Shown piece by piece: positions 1 to 9,800 of a stretch of 64,000 nucleotides of DNA (position 1 is the stretch's first letter; each line of letters starts with the position of its first letter). Position numbers and translations under genes: made by a program. The notes below the pieces were generated by a model. It was not told where the DNA came from, searched no databases, and saw only the letters and a list, made by a program, of their open reading frames with translations. Source of the DNA: Candidatus Aenigmatarchaeota archaeon (lineage in GTDB: Archaea; Aenigmatarchaeota; Aenigmatarchaeia; CG10238-14; SCSR01); assembly GCA_038999725.1 (NCBI GenBank), contig JAWBWS010000002.1, forward strand, positions 32,001 to 96,000, in the 5' to 3' direction.

Positions 1-518
1 TTTTCTTTTCCACATATTTCCTTCAATCTTTTTTCTATATCCAAGACGTGAATCTTTTTAAACTCAACTAGCTCACAATATTCTCTCAACTCTCTAAGCT
101 TTTGGTTGAATGGATTGTTTGCCGTCAACACCACAGGAAATCTAGATTCTTTAATTATTTTTATTATTGCCCCAACACCACCCAAGTCTTCCCTTCCTGC
201 AATCCCATCAACTTCATCAATCAAAAAAAGCTTCCCCTTTCTAAACAAAGATGCTTGCCTCATGGATTGGCCAAAAACCTCCTGGATTTGTGAAGCACTT
301 CGCCAATCGCTTGCATTCATCTCAATTAATTCCAAATTTTTTTCATTTGCATAAGCGTAAACCAAACAACTCTTTCCAGTTCCTGGCATGCCATAAAAAA
401 GCAAGGCTTTGCTACCAGGTTTCCATCTTTTTATCCAGTTTAAGAAAGTGTGTAAAGCTTCTTTCTGGTTCACAAATTCCCTCAAATTTTTTGGCTTATA
501 TTTTTCTGTTAAAAGCAT
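1..518 (-). CDS. rfcL: Replication factor C large subunit (5' part; runs off the window)
   Basis: Not in the ORF track. Manual translation from ATG 518: MLLTEKYKPKNLREFVNQ...LLFYGMPGTGKS (Walker A)...IEMNASDWRS...LFLIDEVDG (Walker B)...PVVLTANN; immediately downstream of rfcS. Confidence 0.93.
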   Translation of the reverse strand, partial: MLLTEKYKPKNLREFVNQKEALHTFLNWIKRWKPGSKALLFYGMPGTGKSCLVYAYANEKNLELIEMNASDWRSASQIQEVFGQSMRQASLFRKGKLFLIDEVDGIAGREDLGGVGAIIKIIKESRFPVVLTANNPFNQKLRELREYCELVEFKKIHVLDIEKRLKEICGKE

Positions 519-522
519 CTAC

Positions 523-1482
523 TCACTTTTTGGAGAAAAGTAGAAATTGAGTTAAGAGTGCTTCGAGTTGAATTAAATCGTCTCCACCTTCAGAAATCCT
601 GAACTCGTATTCACCACATTTTTCAACAAGCTGCACTTTAGCTTCTTCTGAAATAGGTAAAGAATAAATTTGTTTGTGAATTTCTTTTATCACATCTCTT
701 CCAGACAAACCTTGCCTCAAGAGCATATCTTGCAGTTTCTTTCTCGCATCTTCAAATCTACCATTTAAAGCCAATTCCAACATCTCCTTCACATCTGTTG
801 GTCTAGCTTGCGAAGCAACATCATAAACTACATTTTCTGTTATTTTTTCTCCTAAGGCTGCAGAAGCCTGCAGCAAGTTCGCAACTTTTCTTAAATCACC
901 TTCGGCAAGATAAATTATAGCATTTATTGCATCTTCTGTTATTTTCAATTTTTCTCCATCAACAATCCTTTGAATATATTTTCTTACATCAGTTTCACTT
1001 AGAGCTTTAAATCTGAATACAACACATCTACTTTGAATTGGTTCAATTATTTTACTTGAATAATTCCCAATCAAGATGAATCGTGTAACCAAACTGAAAG
1101 ATTCCATGGTTCTCCTCAAAGCTTGTTGGGCATCTGCAGTCAAATTATCAGCCTCGTCGAGGATTATTATTTTGAAAGGAACATCGCCTATTGGTTTTGT
1201 TCTTGCAAAGTCTTTTATTTGCCCCCTTATCACATCTATTCCTCTTTCGTCGCTTGCATTTGTAGACAAGATGTTTTGCCTCCAATTTTTTCCATACAGC
1301 TCATAAGCAATACAAAGAGCTACAGTTGTTTTTCCTGTACCAGCAGGACCAGCGAAAAGCATGTGTGGTATGTTTTTCTCTTTCACAAAAGCTTTTATTC
1401 TTTCGATAATATGTTTTTGATTTATCACTTCACTCAACCTGGTTGGTCTGTATTTTTCAGCCCAAACCATTTCCTCAATCAA
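523..1482 (-). CDS. rfcS: Replication factor C small subunit
   Basis: WAEKYRP, FAGPAGTGKT, NASDERGIDVIR, ILDEAD, IEPIQSRC motifs; GAGGTGA SD upstream of the TTG. Confidence 0.97.
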   Translation of the reverse strand: MIEEMVWAEKYRPTRLSEVINQKHIIERIKAFVKEKNIPHMLFAGPAGTGKTTVALCIAYELYGKNWRQNILSTNASDERGIDVIRGQIKDFARTKPIGDVPFKIIILDEADNLTADAQQALRRTMESFSLVTRFILIGNYSSKIIEPIQSRCVVFRFKALSETDVRKYIQRIVDGEKLKITEDAINAIIYLAEGDLRKVANLLQASAALGEKITENVVYDVASQARPTDVKEMLELALNGRFEDARKKLQDMLLRQGLSGRDVIKEIHKQIYSLPISEEAKVQLVEKCGEYEFRISEGGDDLIQLEALLTQFLLFSKK

Positions 1483-1517
1483 ACTCTCACCTCGCAGAAT
1501 AGTTTTTCTTCATACTT

Positions 1518-3467
1518 TTACTTATACTCTATCTCACTTAAAGCTTCACTCAAGATGCTCACCTCTCTCTCAATTAAACCTCTAAACTTTCTTATCAATG
1601 TATTCACGGTCTCCAAATTTCCTCTTATATTTTCCAAACTTTCTTCACTCAAACAATCTTTTAGCAATTTATATATTTCTTGCAAATACTCCTCTTTTTG
1701 TGTCTGTATGATTTTTATCTCCCCTTCCTTTCCCTCTAAGAAAAATTTCAACTCTTCTTTAAATCTTTCATCTGTTAAACTTATCAGATCTATGGTTTTC
1801 TTCAAAGGTTCTTTTTCCATTTTTTCTAAACTAATTAAAATCATCCTCACCCTATCCTTCATTTGATTGATATCAGAAATTTCTAATGAATTGTTGATGA
1901 TGTTCCTAATATCTTCAAGCCCCATAAAACATTCCTCAAACTTTTTTTCTATATTTGTTCCCTCTTTTTCTCTTGGCTTTCTTGTTGAGAGGAGAAAAAC
2001 AATAGGAAGAGAAAAGAGGGGTAAAAAGAATGCGATGGCAAGAATAGGCTTCTTCTTAATTCTATCAATAATGTTAGAGAATAGCTTTGAGTTCTTAATC
2101 CATTTGAAAATATTATTCGATGGTTTTGATTCCTCTTCTTTTGTGGTTGATTGAAGAAAGGTAGTTGTTGTTTGAGGGATGTTGACCGCATTTACCACAC
2201 TGATGTAAGAAGTGAGTGAGGAATTTCTTCCTAAGAGATCTTCAGCATAAATTCTTATGACATAATTACCGTCAATAACTTCCGAAGAATTCCAAATAGT
2301 TGAGCAAATATTACCACCACATTTCATGTCTTTCCATTCTCCAGCAGAACCATCTGACTCTATCCTGAACTTAACTTTTGATGTACCTATACCGTCATCT
2401 ATAACTTCTGCAGAGATGTTAAAATTTCCGCTAACAGTGGTAGCTTGTGTTGGTGAGATAATCCTTATATTTGGTGGTAAATTGTCAATTGTTATCGGAA
2501 TAGAAGCATTCACTTTATTTCCTGCATTATCGTAAACTTCAATTACCACATCATATTTTCCATCATTTACCACAATAGAATTGAAACTAGCACTGCAATT
2601 CGCTTGATAAGCGTTTGAGCAATAGAAGTAACCAAAAAAATTACCAACTCTATAAATTGTAAAATTCAACCCAGAATACTTGTCTGAAGCCTCTATCTTG
2701 AAGACATAACTCCCATAAATAAGCTGATTTTCTTTTGGCTCACTTACATTGAACGATGGAAGTTCATTATCCACAAATGTAATAATTCTTGTGTAAGCAG
2801 TATTTCCAAATATATCACTTGCTTTCCCGTAAATATAAACACTTTCATTATTTGGGTATGACCTTGTGTTCCATTTTTCCAAGCTTATAAATATCCTTTC
2901 ATCCTCACCTCTCATGTCGAGCCAAGTTGAATTGTCAAAAGAATATTTAACAGAAGTTGGGTCTACTCCAGAGTATTTGTCCCAAACTTGGAGTCTAATT
3001 TCGACCTCACCAGAAGAATAGGACTGGTTTCTGGGTGAGATGAAATCTATTTCTGGTGGACTCCTGTCTATCCTTACCCTTAGAGGATCTGAAGAATTTC
3101 CGAGGGTTCCATAGTTGTCCTCCATATCAAAAGCATCAAAATAGAATAGAAGCCAATCACCATCTTTCACAAGAGCTTCTAAACCCATAACATATCCTGT
3201 ACAATTCCATCTCGAGCTTGAAATCAGAAAGCAGTTCATGGTGATGTTTCTCCAAATTGACGTAGGATCTTCTACCCTTGCGTGTAACTTTACGGTTGAA
3301 GTATCAAGGCTGCCTTCTATTGCAACTGCAAATAGATCAGAATCTTTACCATAGATATAGGTCCCATTTTTTGGAATTACTGAAGCTGGATCAAATGTAG
3401 GAACTGCCACACTGACTTGAATAAGAAAAATGGAAAAAATGGTAAAAAACAAACACACTTTCTTCAT
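1518..3467 (-). CDS. Membrane-anchored surface protein with tandem Ig-like (Big-type) domains, Thr-rich linker, TM helix and helical cytoplasmic tail
   Basis: Signal peptide at MKKVCLFF (ATG 3467 preferred to 3524); repeated IDxxPP...ISP...DxxSG...DGxY...AxDxxGN units; TM ILAIAFFLPLFSLPIVFLL. Confidence 0.75.
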   Translation of the reverse strand: MKKVCLFFTIFSIFLIQVSVAVPTFDPASVIPKNGTYIYGKDSDLFAVAIEGSLDTSTVKLHARVEDPTSIWRNITMNCFLISSSRWNCTGYVMGLEALVKDGDWLLFYFDAFDMEDNYGTLGNSSDPLRVRIDRSPPEIDFISPRNQSYSSGEVEIRLQVWDKYSGVDPTSVKYSFDNSTWLDMRGEDERIFISLEKWNTRSYPNNESVYIYGKASDIFGNTAYTRIITFVDNELPSFNVSEPKENQLIYGSYVFKIEASDKYSGLNFTIYRVGNFFGYFYCSNAYQANCSASFNSIVVNDGKYDVVIEVYDNAGNKVNASIPITIDNLPPNIRIISPTQATTVSGNFNISAEVIDDGIGTSKVKFRIESDGSAGEWKDMKCGGNICSTIWNSSEVIDGNYVIRIYAEDLLGRNSSLTSYISVVNAVNIPQTTTTFLQSTTKEEESKPSNNIFKWIKNSKLFSNIIDRIKKKPILAIAFFLPLFSLPIVFLLSTRKPREKEGTNIEKKFEECFMGLEDIRNIINNSLEISDINQMKDRVRMILISLEKMEKEPLKKTIDLISLTDERFKEELKFFLEGKEGEIKIIQTQKEEYLQEIYKLLKDCLSEESLENIRGNLETVNTLIRKFRGLIEREVSILSEALSEIEYK

Positions 3468-3471
3468 ATTA

Positions 3472-4086
3472 TTATGTTGGTGTGAATGGGATAAATATTG
3501 TCCCCTTTTCACCCATTTCATCAATTATAGAAACTTGAAGAATATATTTTTTCCCAAAGTAAAAACATGTGGTTAAATACGCCTTGAAATAACCGTTTGA
3601 AAAGGTTGTAGTGTTTGTCGCTCTTAAGCCTTCTATTGAAAGAAATAATTTACCAGAACTTACCAAATTACCTTTTATATTATAAGCATTGCCTTCAATG
3701 TATATTGTTTTTTGTTGACACTCTTTACTCACTTGAGAAGACATCACATAAAAACTATCGATGCAGCTTGCGATATGTGTTAAGTTATTTATGGTGACAT
3801 TCACATCGTAAGTTCCTATGTCAAAAGATTGGGTGAAAATTGAAAAATACGTGCCATTTAAATCCGAAGTTGTTGTTTGTAAAGCTTTTGGAGACCCATA
3901 TTTGGTTATGGTTATTGTTACATTGGCTATATTACTGACTTCTCCTGTCACATTTCCAACAACCAAAACAGTCGAACCAGTAGCATAAGGTCCACCAGCC
4001 TCGCAAGTTACAGTTAAAGATTTTGCCATATGGATAAGAAGAAAAAAAGCAAAAATTGTGACTAAGAAAAACAATTTCATGCTCAT
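3472..4086 (-). CDS. Secreted beta-sandwich (AGGPY/Ig-like) protein, paralog of the adjacent gene's C-terminal part
   Basis: Signal peptide; LTVTCEAGGPY...VLVVGNV domain shared with 4083..5072. Confidence 0.65.
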   Translation of the reverse strand: MSMKLFFLVTIFAFFLLIHMAKSLTVTCEAGGPYATGSTVLVVGNVTGEVSNIANVTITITKYGSPKALQTTTSDLNGTYFSIFTQSFDIGTYDVNVTINNLTHIASCIDSFYVMSSQVSKECQQKTIYIEGNAYNIKGNLVSSGKLFLSIEGLRATNTTTFSNGYFKAYLTTCFYFGKKYILQVSIIDEMGEKGTIFIPFTPT

Positions 4087-5072
4087 GCCCTGAATTGAAT
4101 CTCACTCCAAGATACACTTCCCGTTGATGAATCTATTATTTGAACTATTGCTGTGTGCCTTGCATCAGGAAACAGGCAAGAAGTAAAGGTTACAGTCCAT
4201 TTTCCTTCTGTAAAGCTTGTTGTGAATTCATCACCATTTTCAGCTATGTAAATTTTCACAGTACCTGATGGGATAATTTCCCCTGTTAAGTAGTTTTGAG
4301 CTGTTCCGCTCAAGCTCACAGTCTTTGGAACACAGCCAGAAAGCCTGCTTATCACGCTGAATGTGTCTAGGGAAGAAGCAGATGCAGAAGAATAATTTGC
4401 CTTCACATTCACAACATAAGCTCCCAAGTCAAGACCAGAAAATGTTGCAAAATATTTGCCATCAGAAGATGTGATAACATCCTTGCTAGCTACAAAGTTT
4501 GATCCTCTATAGATTTGAATTGAAACATTAGCGTTGCTTACAGGTGAACCAACAACTTTCACCTCACCTACTACTAGCACAAGTGGAGCCTCCACATCTT
4601 TAACATACGGGCCGCCAGCCTCAACTGTTACTGTCAAGTTGCCACAACAAATTTGATAGGGGTAGAAGCCGCATGGACCAAGATGCGAATTTGTTTCTTT
4701 AGCTAGAGAGGCTACACATAAACCATTGCACGTAGCATTGAGCACACAAGTCATTAAATAATCAAACTTCACACAAAGTTTATAAGAGGTAAATCCTTGC
4801 TTTGCTGCATGTGTATCGCTTGGTTTGTAAAAATTTATAACTTCTGTTTCATCGCTTTCACAAGCAGTTTTAATTGAAGGGGTTTGCACATCTGGACAAC
4901 AGACTTTGTAGCTGTAGTAATTGTAGTCTCCAGCATGAGCGTTATTTTCTTTAGCCAGAGAAAAAATAGCATATTTGTCTGTGGGGCAGCCTCCATAGTT
5001 AACTGTGCATGAAGCAAGTGCAAGAGTTGAGAAAAGGATGAAGAAAGTTGTAATGAAGAGAAAATTTCTCAT
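4083..5072 (-). CDS. Secreted protein with N-terminal Cys-rich repeat domain and AGGPY Ig-like domains
   Basis: Signal peptide from MRNFLFIT (ATG 5072); three NxHA/L...Y...C repeats; LTVTVEAGGPY domain. Confidence 0.65.
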   Translation of the reverse strand: MRNFLFITTFFILFSTLALASCTVNYGGCPTDKYAIFSLAKENNAHAGDYNYYSYKVCCPDVQTPSIKTACESDETEVINFYKPSDTHAAKQGFTSYKLCVKFDYLMTCVLNATCNGLCVASLAKETNSHLGPCGFYPYQICCGNLTVTVEAGGPYVKDVEAPLVLVVGEVKVVGSPVSNANVSIQIYRGSNFVASKDVITSSDGKYFATFSGLDLGAYVVNVKANYSSASASSLDTFSVISRLSGCVPKTVSLSGTAQNYLTGEIIPSGTVKIYIAENGDEFTTSFTEGKWTVTFTSCLFPDARHTAIVQIIDSSTGSVSWSEIQFRA

Positions 5073-5132
5073 AAAATAATCTTTGTTTTCCCTAAAATTA
5101 AAGTTTTTAAGCTTAAAGTACAATTTATTTAC

Positions 5133-5720
5133 ATGCAAAAAATAAGAATTTTGGTGACAGTGGTTTGCATAGCTCTACTTGTTGGATTAATATTCTCAAC
5201 ACTTACAGGTTTCGTCTCTTTCTCTTTTGGAATTCCAAAAAGCGAAGTCAAGAATAGAGTGAAAACTTTGTTTGAGCTTGCAAACCCTGGCACAAATGTT
5301 GAAATTTTAACACTAACTGAAGAAAGTGGTTTGTATAAGATCTTGATAAAAGCCGTTGGATTGGGAGGAACAAATTACGTTGAGGTTTATACCACAAAAG
5401 ATGGAAAGCTTTTGACGCAAAATGTTATATTTGTTGAACAGTCTATACAACAAATAAAAAGGTTGAAAGATTTTGTAGATTGTTTGGATGGTAAGGGTGT
5501 TAGAATTTATGGGCTTAACAATCAAACAGCAACTTTACTTCAATTGAATATACTTGGTGTTTATTCAACAAAGCTGTATGTGTCTTGTGATGGTGACCTT
5601 GTGGCAAATTGTGTACAAGCAAATGTGACTCAAGTGCCTTCGGTTGTTTTTGCTGGTAGAGTTGATCCTGGAGTTAAAGCTATTCAATGGTTTGAATCGG
5701 TTACAGGCTGTAAATTTTAA
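5133..5720 (+). CDS. Membrane-anchored thioredoxin-fold-like protein lacking CxxC
   Basis: N-terminal TM; VYTTKDGKLL (DsbC N-terminal-like); YVSC...C...VPS...G...GC pattern of Trx-like domains. Confidence 0.55.
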   Translation: MQKIRILVTVVCIALLVGLIFSTLTGFVSFSFGIPKSEVKNRVKTLFELANPGTNVEILTLTEESGLYKILIKAVGLGGTNYVEVYTTKDGKLLTQNVIFVEQSIQQIKRLKDFVDCLDGKGVRIYGLNNQTATLLQLNILGVYSTKLYVSCDGDLVANCVQANVTQVPSVVFAGRVDPGVKAIQWFESVTGCKF

Positions 5721-6211
5721 TCTTTAAGTTTGTAAAACTTTTCTTTTCCTATTTCTATTCCTTCTACTAAGCCTAAAGATTCCATTTGTTTAAAGTATTC
5801 GTTGCATCTTGTTCTCGACAAGCCTAAAATTTGAGAAAGTTGGGAAGAGGAAAGTTTGCCATGTTCTTGAAGCAAAGAAATTATTTTTTCTATTCTTTTT
5901 TGCTCAACTATTGTGAGCTTTTCTTTTGAAGCTATTATTGGTCTAGCTATTGTTTTTATCTCAGAAATTATTCTGTTCACCACTTCATTACCATCAATTA
6001 TTTCTTGCTTGAAAGTTGATTCGCTCAAAACTTTTTCTGGAATTTTATCATTTATCATTTTTTCTAATCTGTCAACCTTAAGGTAAAGGTCATCTAATTT
6101 TTCTCTCAATTCCCTTAAAACTTCAAGAGTAGCACCAATTAAAACAGCATCTTTTGGAATTTCTGCACGCACGCTTTCATTGTTTTCTTTCAATTTTTGG
6201 AAGAAAGACAT
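5717..6211 (-). CDS. Coiled-coil + C-terminal winged-helix DNA-binding protein
   Basis: LSSSQLSQILGLSRTRCNEYFKQMESLGLVE wHTH signature. Confidence 0.8.
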   Translation of the reverse strand: MSFFQKLKENNESVRAEIPKDAVLIGATLEVLRELREKLDDLYLKVDRLEKMINDKIPEKVLSESTFKQEIIDGNEVVNRIISEIKTIARPIIASKEKLTIVEQKRIEKIISLLQEHGKLSSSQLSQILGLSRTRCNEYFKQMESLGLVEGIEIGKEKFYKLKD

Positions 6212-6520
6212 AATTATTATTTGATTTTTGGCTTAAAATTGATTTTCCTGTCGAACTTGAGTCGAAAAAACCGGATGAAAAATTTGGGGAAAAATTCAGT
6301 TTTAAAGCAATTTTTTAAATTTAAAATGAAATTGGTCGAGGTTTTTATGAAAAATTCTTTTAGTTTAAAATAAATTAATGTTTTTTCTGAAGAGGAGAGA
6401 AAAAATAAACTTCTTTTCACGTCGAAAAAACTTTAAATGAGAGGAGAAACTTTTAGCTTGCTTTTCTTCTATCTTATTTTTTCTATTTGATAGAAATTGA
6501 TATAAAGTTCGACAAAGTAA

Positions 6521-6550
6521 AACATTGTTAGACATTGGTAGACATTGGTC
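6521..6550. repeat. Three tandem 10-bp direct repeats (AACATTGTTA/GACATTGGTA/GACATTGGTC)
   Basis: Read directly from the sequence upstream of the HTH gene at 6608. Confidence 0.8.
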
Positions 6551-6559
6551 GCTTAAGTA

Positions 6560-6590
6560 AACCTAAGTCAATCAAAGTTTGACTTAGGTT
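6560..6590. promoter_or_regulatory. Perfect 12-bp inverted repeat AACCTAAGTCAA-N7-TTGACTTAGGTT, candidate operator or hairpin
   Basis: Palindrome seen directly; lies just upstream of the GGAG SD of the HTH gene at 6608; function inferred. Confidence 0.6.
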
Positions 6591-6607
6591 ACCAAAGGAG
6601 AAATGAG

Positions 6608-6814
6608 ATGGTAGGAAATGGTATAGAGGAGAGTATACTCAAATTATTGGAAAAAAATCTAAATGGAATGAAAATAGCAGACATATCTAAAGCTCTCAAT
6701 ATTCCTCGCCAAACTGTGTCGAAGTACGTTTATGCCTTAGCTGTTAGAGGCTTGATTGAGCAAAGAGAGGTTGGTAGAGCTAAGCTTTGCTTCCTAAAGA
6801 GGAGGAAAAAATGA
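6608..6814 (+). CDS. Small winged-helix HTH transcriptional regulator
   Basis: MKIADISKALNIPRQTVSKYVYALAVRGLIEQREVGRAK; SD AAGGAG; stop overlaps the next ATG (ATGA). Confidence 0.85.
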   Translation: MVGNGIEESILKLLEKNLNGMKIADISKALNIPRQTVSKYVYALAVRGLIEQREVGRAKLCFLKRRKK

Positions 6815-9800
6815 TAAGTTTTAAATTAAGAGTATTTTCAATCTCAATAATCTTGTTTATATTCTCCATACTTCCTTCCATGGTTTTAGCACAAACCCAA
6901 AGCCATCCCTTAAGTGAAATTTGGCCAATAGATGTGAATTTGAACATGTCTCAAAAAAACATAACCAATGTTAGTTATTTCTTCCTTTCTAGTGGGAGAT
7001 ATATTTATGATACTGGCTCATTAATTGGCCTTTCCTCTGGCTTACAGCTTGGTGGAAACCTTAATCTCAACTCCTTTTCTTTGATCGCTGGAAATTGGAT
7101 TAATGCTTCTAATTTCAATGTATCAAATCAACTTTGTTTGGGAGGAATTTGTCAATCAGCTTGGCCCGTCAGCTCAAGCACAGGAACTCCTGGTTATCTT
7201 TCTCTTTGGGTCACTTCAACTAGCCTAGGAAATTCTCTCATTAACCAAACAGGGGGGAATGTTTGGATAACTGCTGGCAACTTGAACATTTTGAGTGGAG
7301 CTTTGCAGATTGGTGGAACTAGTGTGATAGATTCTTCTAGAAACATTGTTAATGTTAATTGGGTTAATGTAACTAATTTGAATGCTAGCAATGCATTGTA
7401 TGCTCAAAGCATTTATGAGGCAGGAGCAAGCTTGGCAAGCAAGTATGTGCCACAAACAAGACAAATAAATACAGGAGCGCCTTTAACTGGAGGGGGAAGC
7501 TTAAGTTCTGATTTAACTTTGGACATAAGCATACCAATTTGTACTTCAGGTCAATTCTTAACAAGCTCTGATGGAAACAGCTTTGTTTGTCAAACCCCTG
7601 CTCCAGGCACAGCTGGAGGATGGACTGATGAAGGAACAATAGTTAGGCTAACTACTGCTACAGATAGTGTGAATGCAACAAGCTTGTGGATAAACAATAC
7701 TGCTCAAAGAGTGGGAATAGGGACTTACTCTCCTGCTTACGCTTTACATGTTATTGGAGATGTTGGATGGACAGGAAGCTTGCAGCTTGGTACAGTACCT
7801 TGGACTAGGTTATCTGGCTATGATTTGAATGTTGCTTGGAGTAACAAGCTTGGTTGGGGGAATTTAACTGGTTATAATTTAAATGTTGCATGGACTGGAA
7901 GCTTGGGAGGAGGCAACATAACTGCTGGAACAATAACAACAGCCCAAATAGCTGATAATGCTGTCACACTCGCTAAAATTAATCAAACTTCTTGTCCTTC
8001 TGGATTTGCGATAAGGGTAATAGGGGGAGGAACTTATGTTTGTGAGCAAATTAACGCTACTAGCGGAGTTGGAAATGTTTCTGGTTCAGGAATAGCAAAT
8101 GCTTTGGCTTATTGGACTGGTAACAGTGTAATAAGTGCATTTTCTTGGGGTAGTAGTGGTCAGTTTTTGAAATCACAAGGCTCTGGTTCACAGCCAATTT
8201 GGGACACTATCGATCTTGGAACTGATACGGAAGGAAACTATGTTGCTGGAATAAATGCTGGAAGTGGGATACAAATAACTGGGAGTCCAGGAGAAGGGTG
8301 GAGTCCAACTGTTAGCTTAACAACAACAGGAGTAACTGCTGGGAGCTATGGGTCAGCTTCACAAGTTGCTAGCTTTAGTGTTGACGCATATGGAAGAATT
8401 ACTTCTGCAAGCAATGTTAGCATTGCTATAGATGCTAGCCAAATCACTTCAGGAACTTTGCCTTTAGCAAGGGGTGGGACTGGAGCAAGTGATGCTGCAA
8501 CGGCAAGGAGCAATTTGCAGGCAAGCGGGATAGGAAGTTGTCCTTCTGGACAAGTTGTTCAGAATTTAACAACTGGCTTGCCTCAATGCGTAGCAGTGGA
8601 TGTGAATGCTGGGGATGATATAACTGGATCTGGAACTGCTGGATACATAGCAATGTGGAATTCTAGTCAAAGCATAAACAATTCGGTGATTTATCAGAGC
8701 GGTGGCAACGTGGGGATTGGGACTACTAGTCCGAGTGAAAAATTAACAGTAAATGGAAGTGTTGGCCTAAGGGATGGGGCTTTGTGGCAACCAGTTTATC
8801 CATCAGATGATGGTTTGGTTTTGTATTTGCCATTTTCAGAGGGAAGTGGAACGAAAACTTATGATAAATCTCCTTATGGAAACGATGGAACTATATCCTA
8901 CGGTAACTGGAGTGATGGAAAATATGGAAAGGCTTTGAGTTTTAATGGAACTCATGGTTGTGTTGTTTTACCATCATATTTCCCAAAATTATCATGGAAT
9001 AAAACTATCACAGCATGGATAAATAGGCAACCAAATTCTTTAGCAACTATTTTTAGTGTAGATGATTCTTCCTGGGGTTTGCGAGGTTATGCTTTTACAA
9101 TAAATTCTAATGGACAATTAGTTTTTCGTGTTGGTAATGGTATAACAGCTGAAAATAAGGGTAGTTCTATTTATGCCCCACCAAATACTTGGAACTTTGT
9201 TGCAGCTGTATATGATAATTCTACTAATAGTGTGACATTTTTCATTAATGGAATAAAGGATGGCCCATATTATTTCTCAATATCTAATACATGGAATATT
9301 TCTGAGAATTGGGTTGTGATTGGTGGAGAGGACTGTGTAGGAAACGAAGTTGGTTTAAATGGTACCATAGATGAAGTTAAAGTTTACAATAGAACATTAT
9401 CTGAAGAGGAAATTAGAACTCAATATCTCCAAGGCTTACAATCCCATGGCTATGTAATGGCGGATAACTTCAAAGTAATTAATACCTCTGCTCAAGAATT
9501 AATGAGAATCACTCCTTCAGGCAACGTTGGCATAGGGACGACAACACCAGCTTATAAGCTAGATGTAGCTGGAGATATAAGGGCTACTGGGACAATATAT
9601 GGAGCTCTTTCTGGGACTGCTGATAATGCTAAAGCTTGCAATGCAGATGGAATTTGTGAAACTAATGACATTGCTTTGGCTTCAGGTGGGCAAATTGATT
9701 TCTATGATGAAACTGGAGATAAAGCTTATTGGTATTCGAACACTTATGGAACTGGGATAGAATCTGGAACATTAACTGATTGGTCTGCCACAAGATTCAG

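Noticed and set aside
6217..6420. 67-aa F/K-rich ORF
   Set aside because: Low-complexity translation of AT-rich regulatory DNA.
6521..6590. CRISPR mini-array or IS end
   Set aside because: Repeats are 10 bp with no spacers; no cas or transposase genes in the window.
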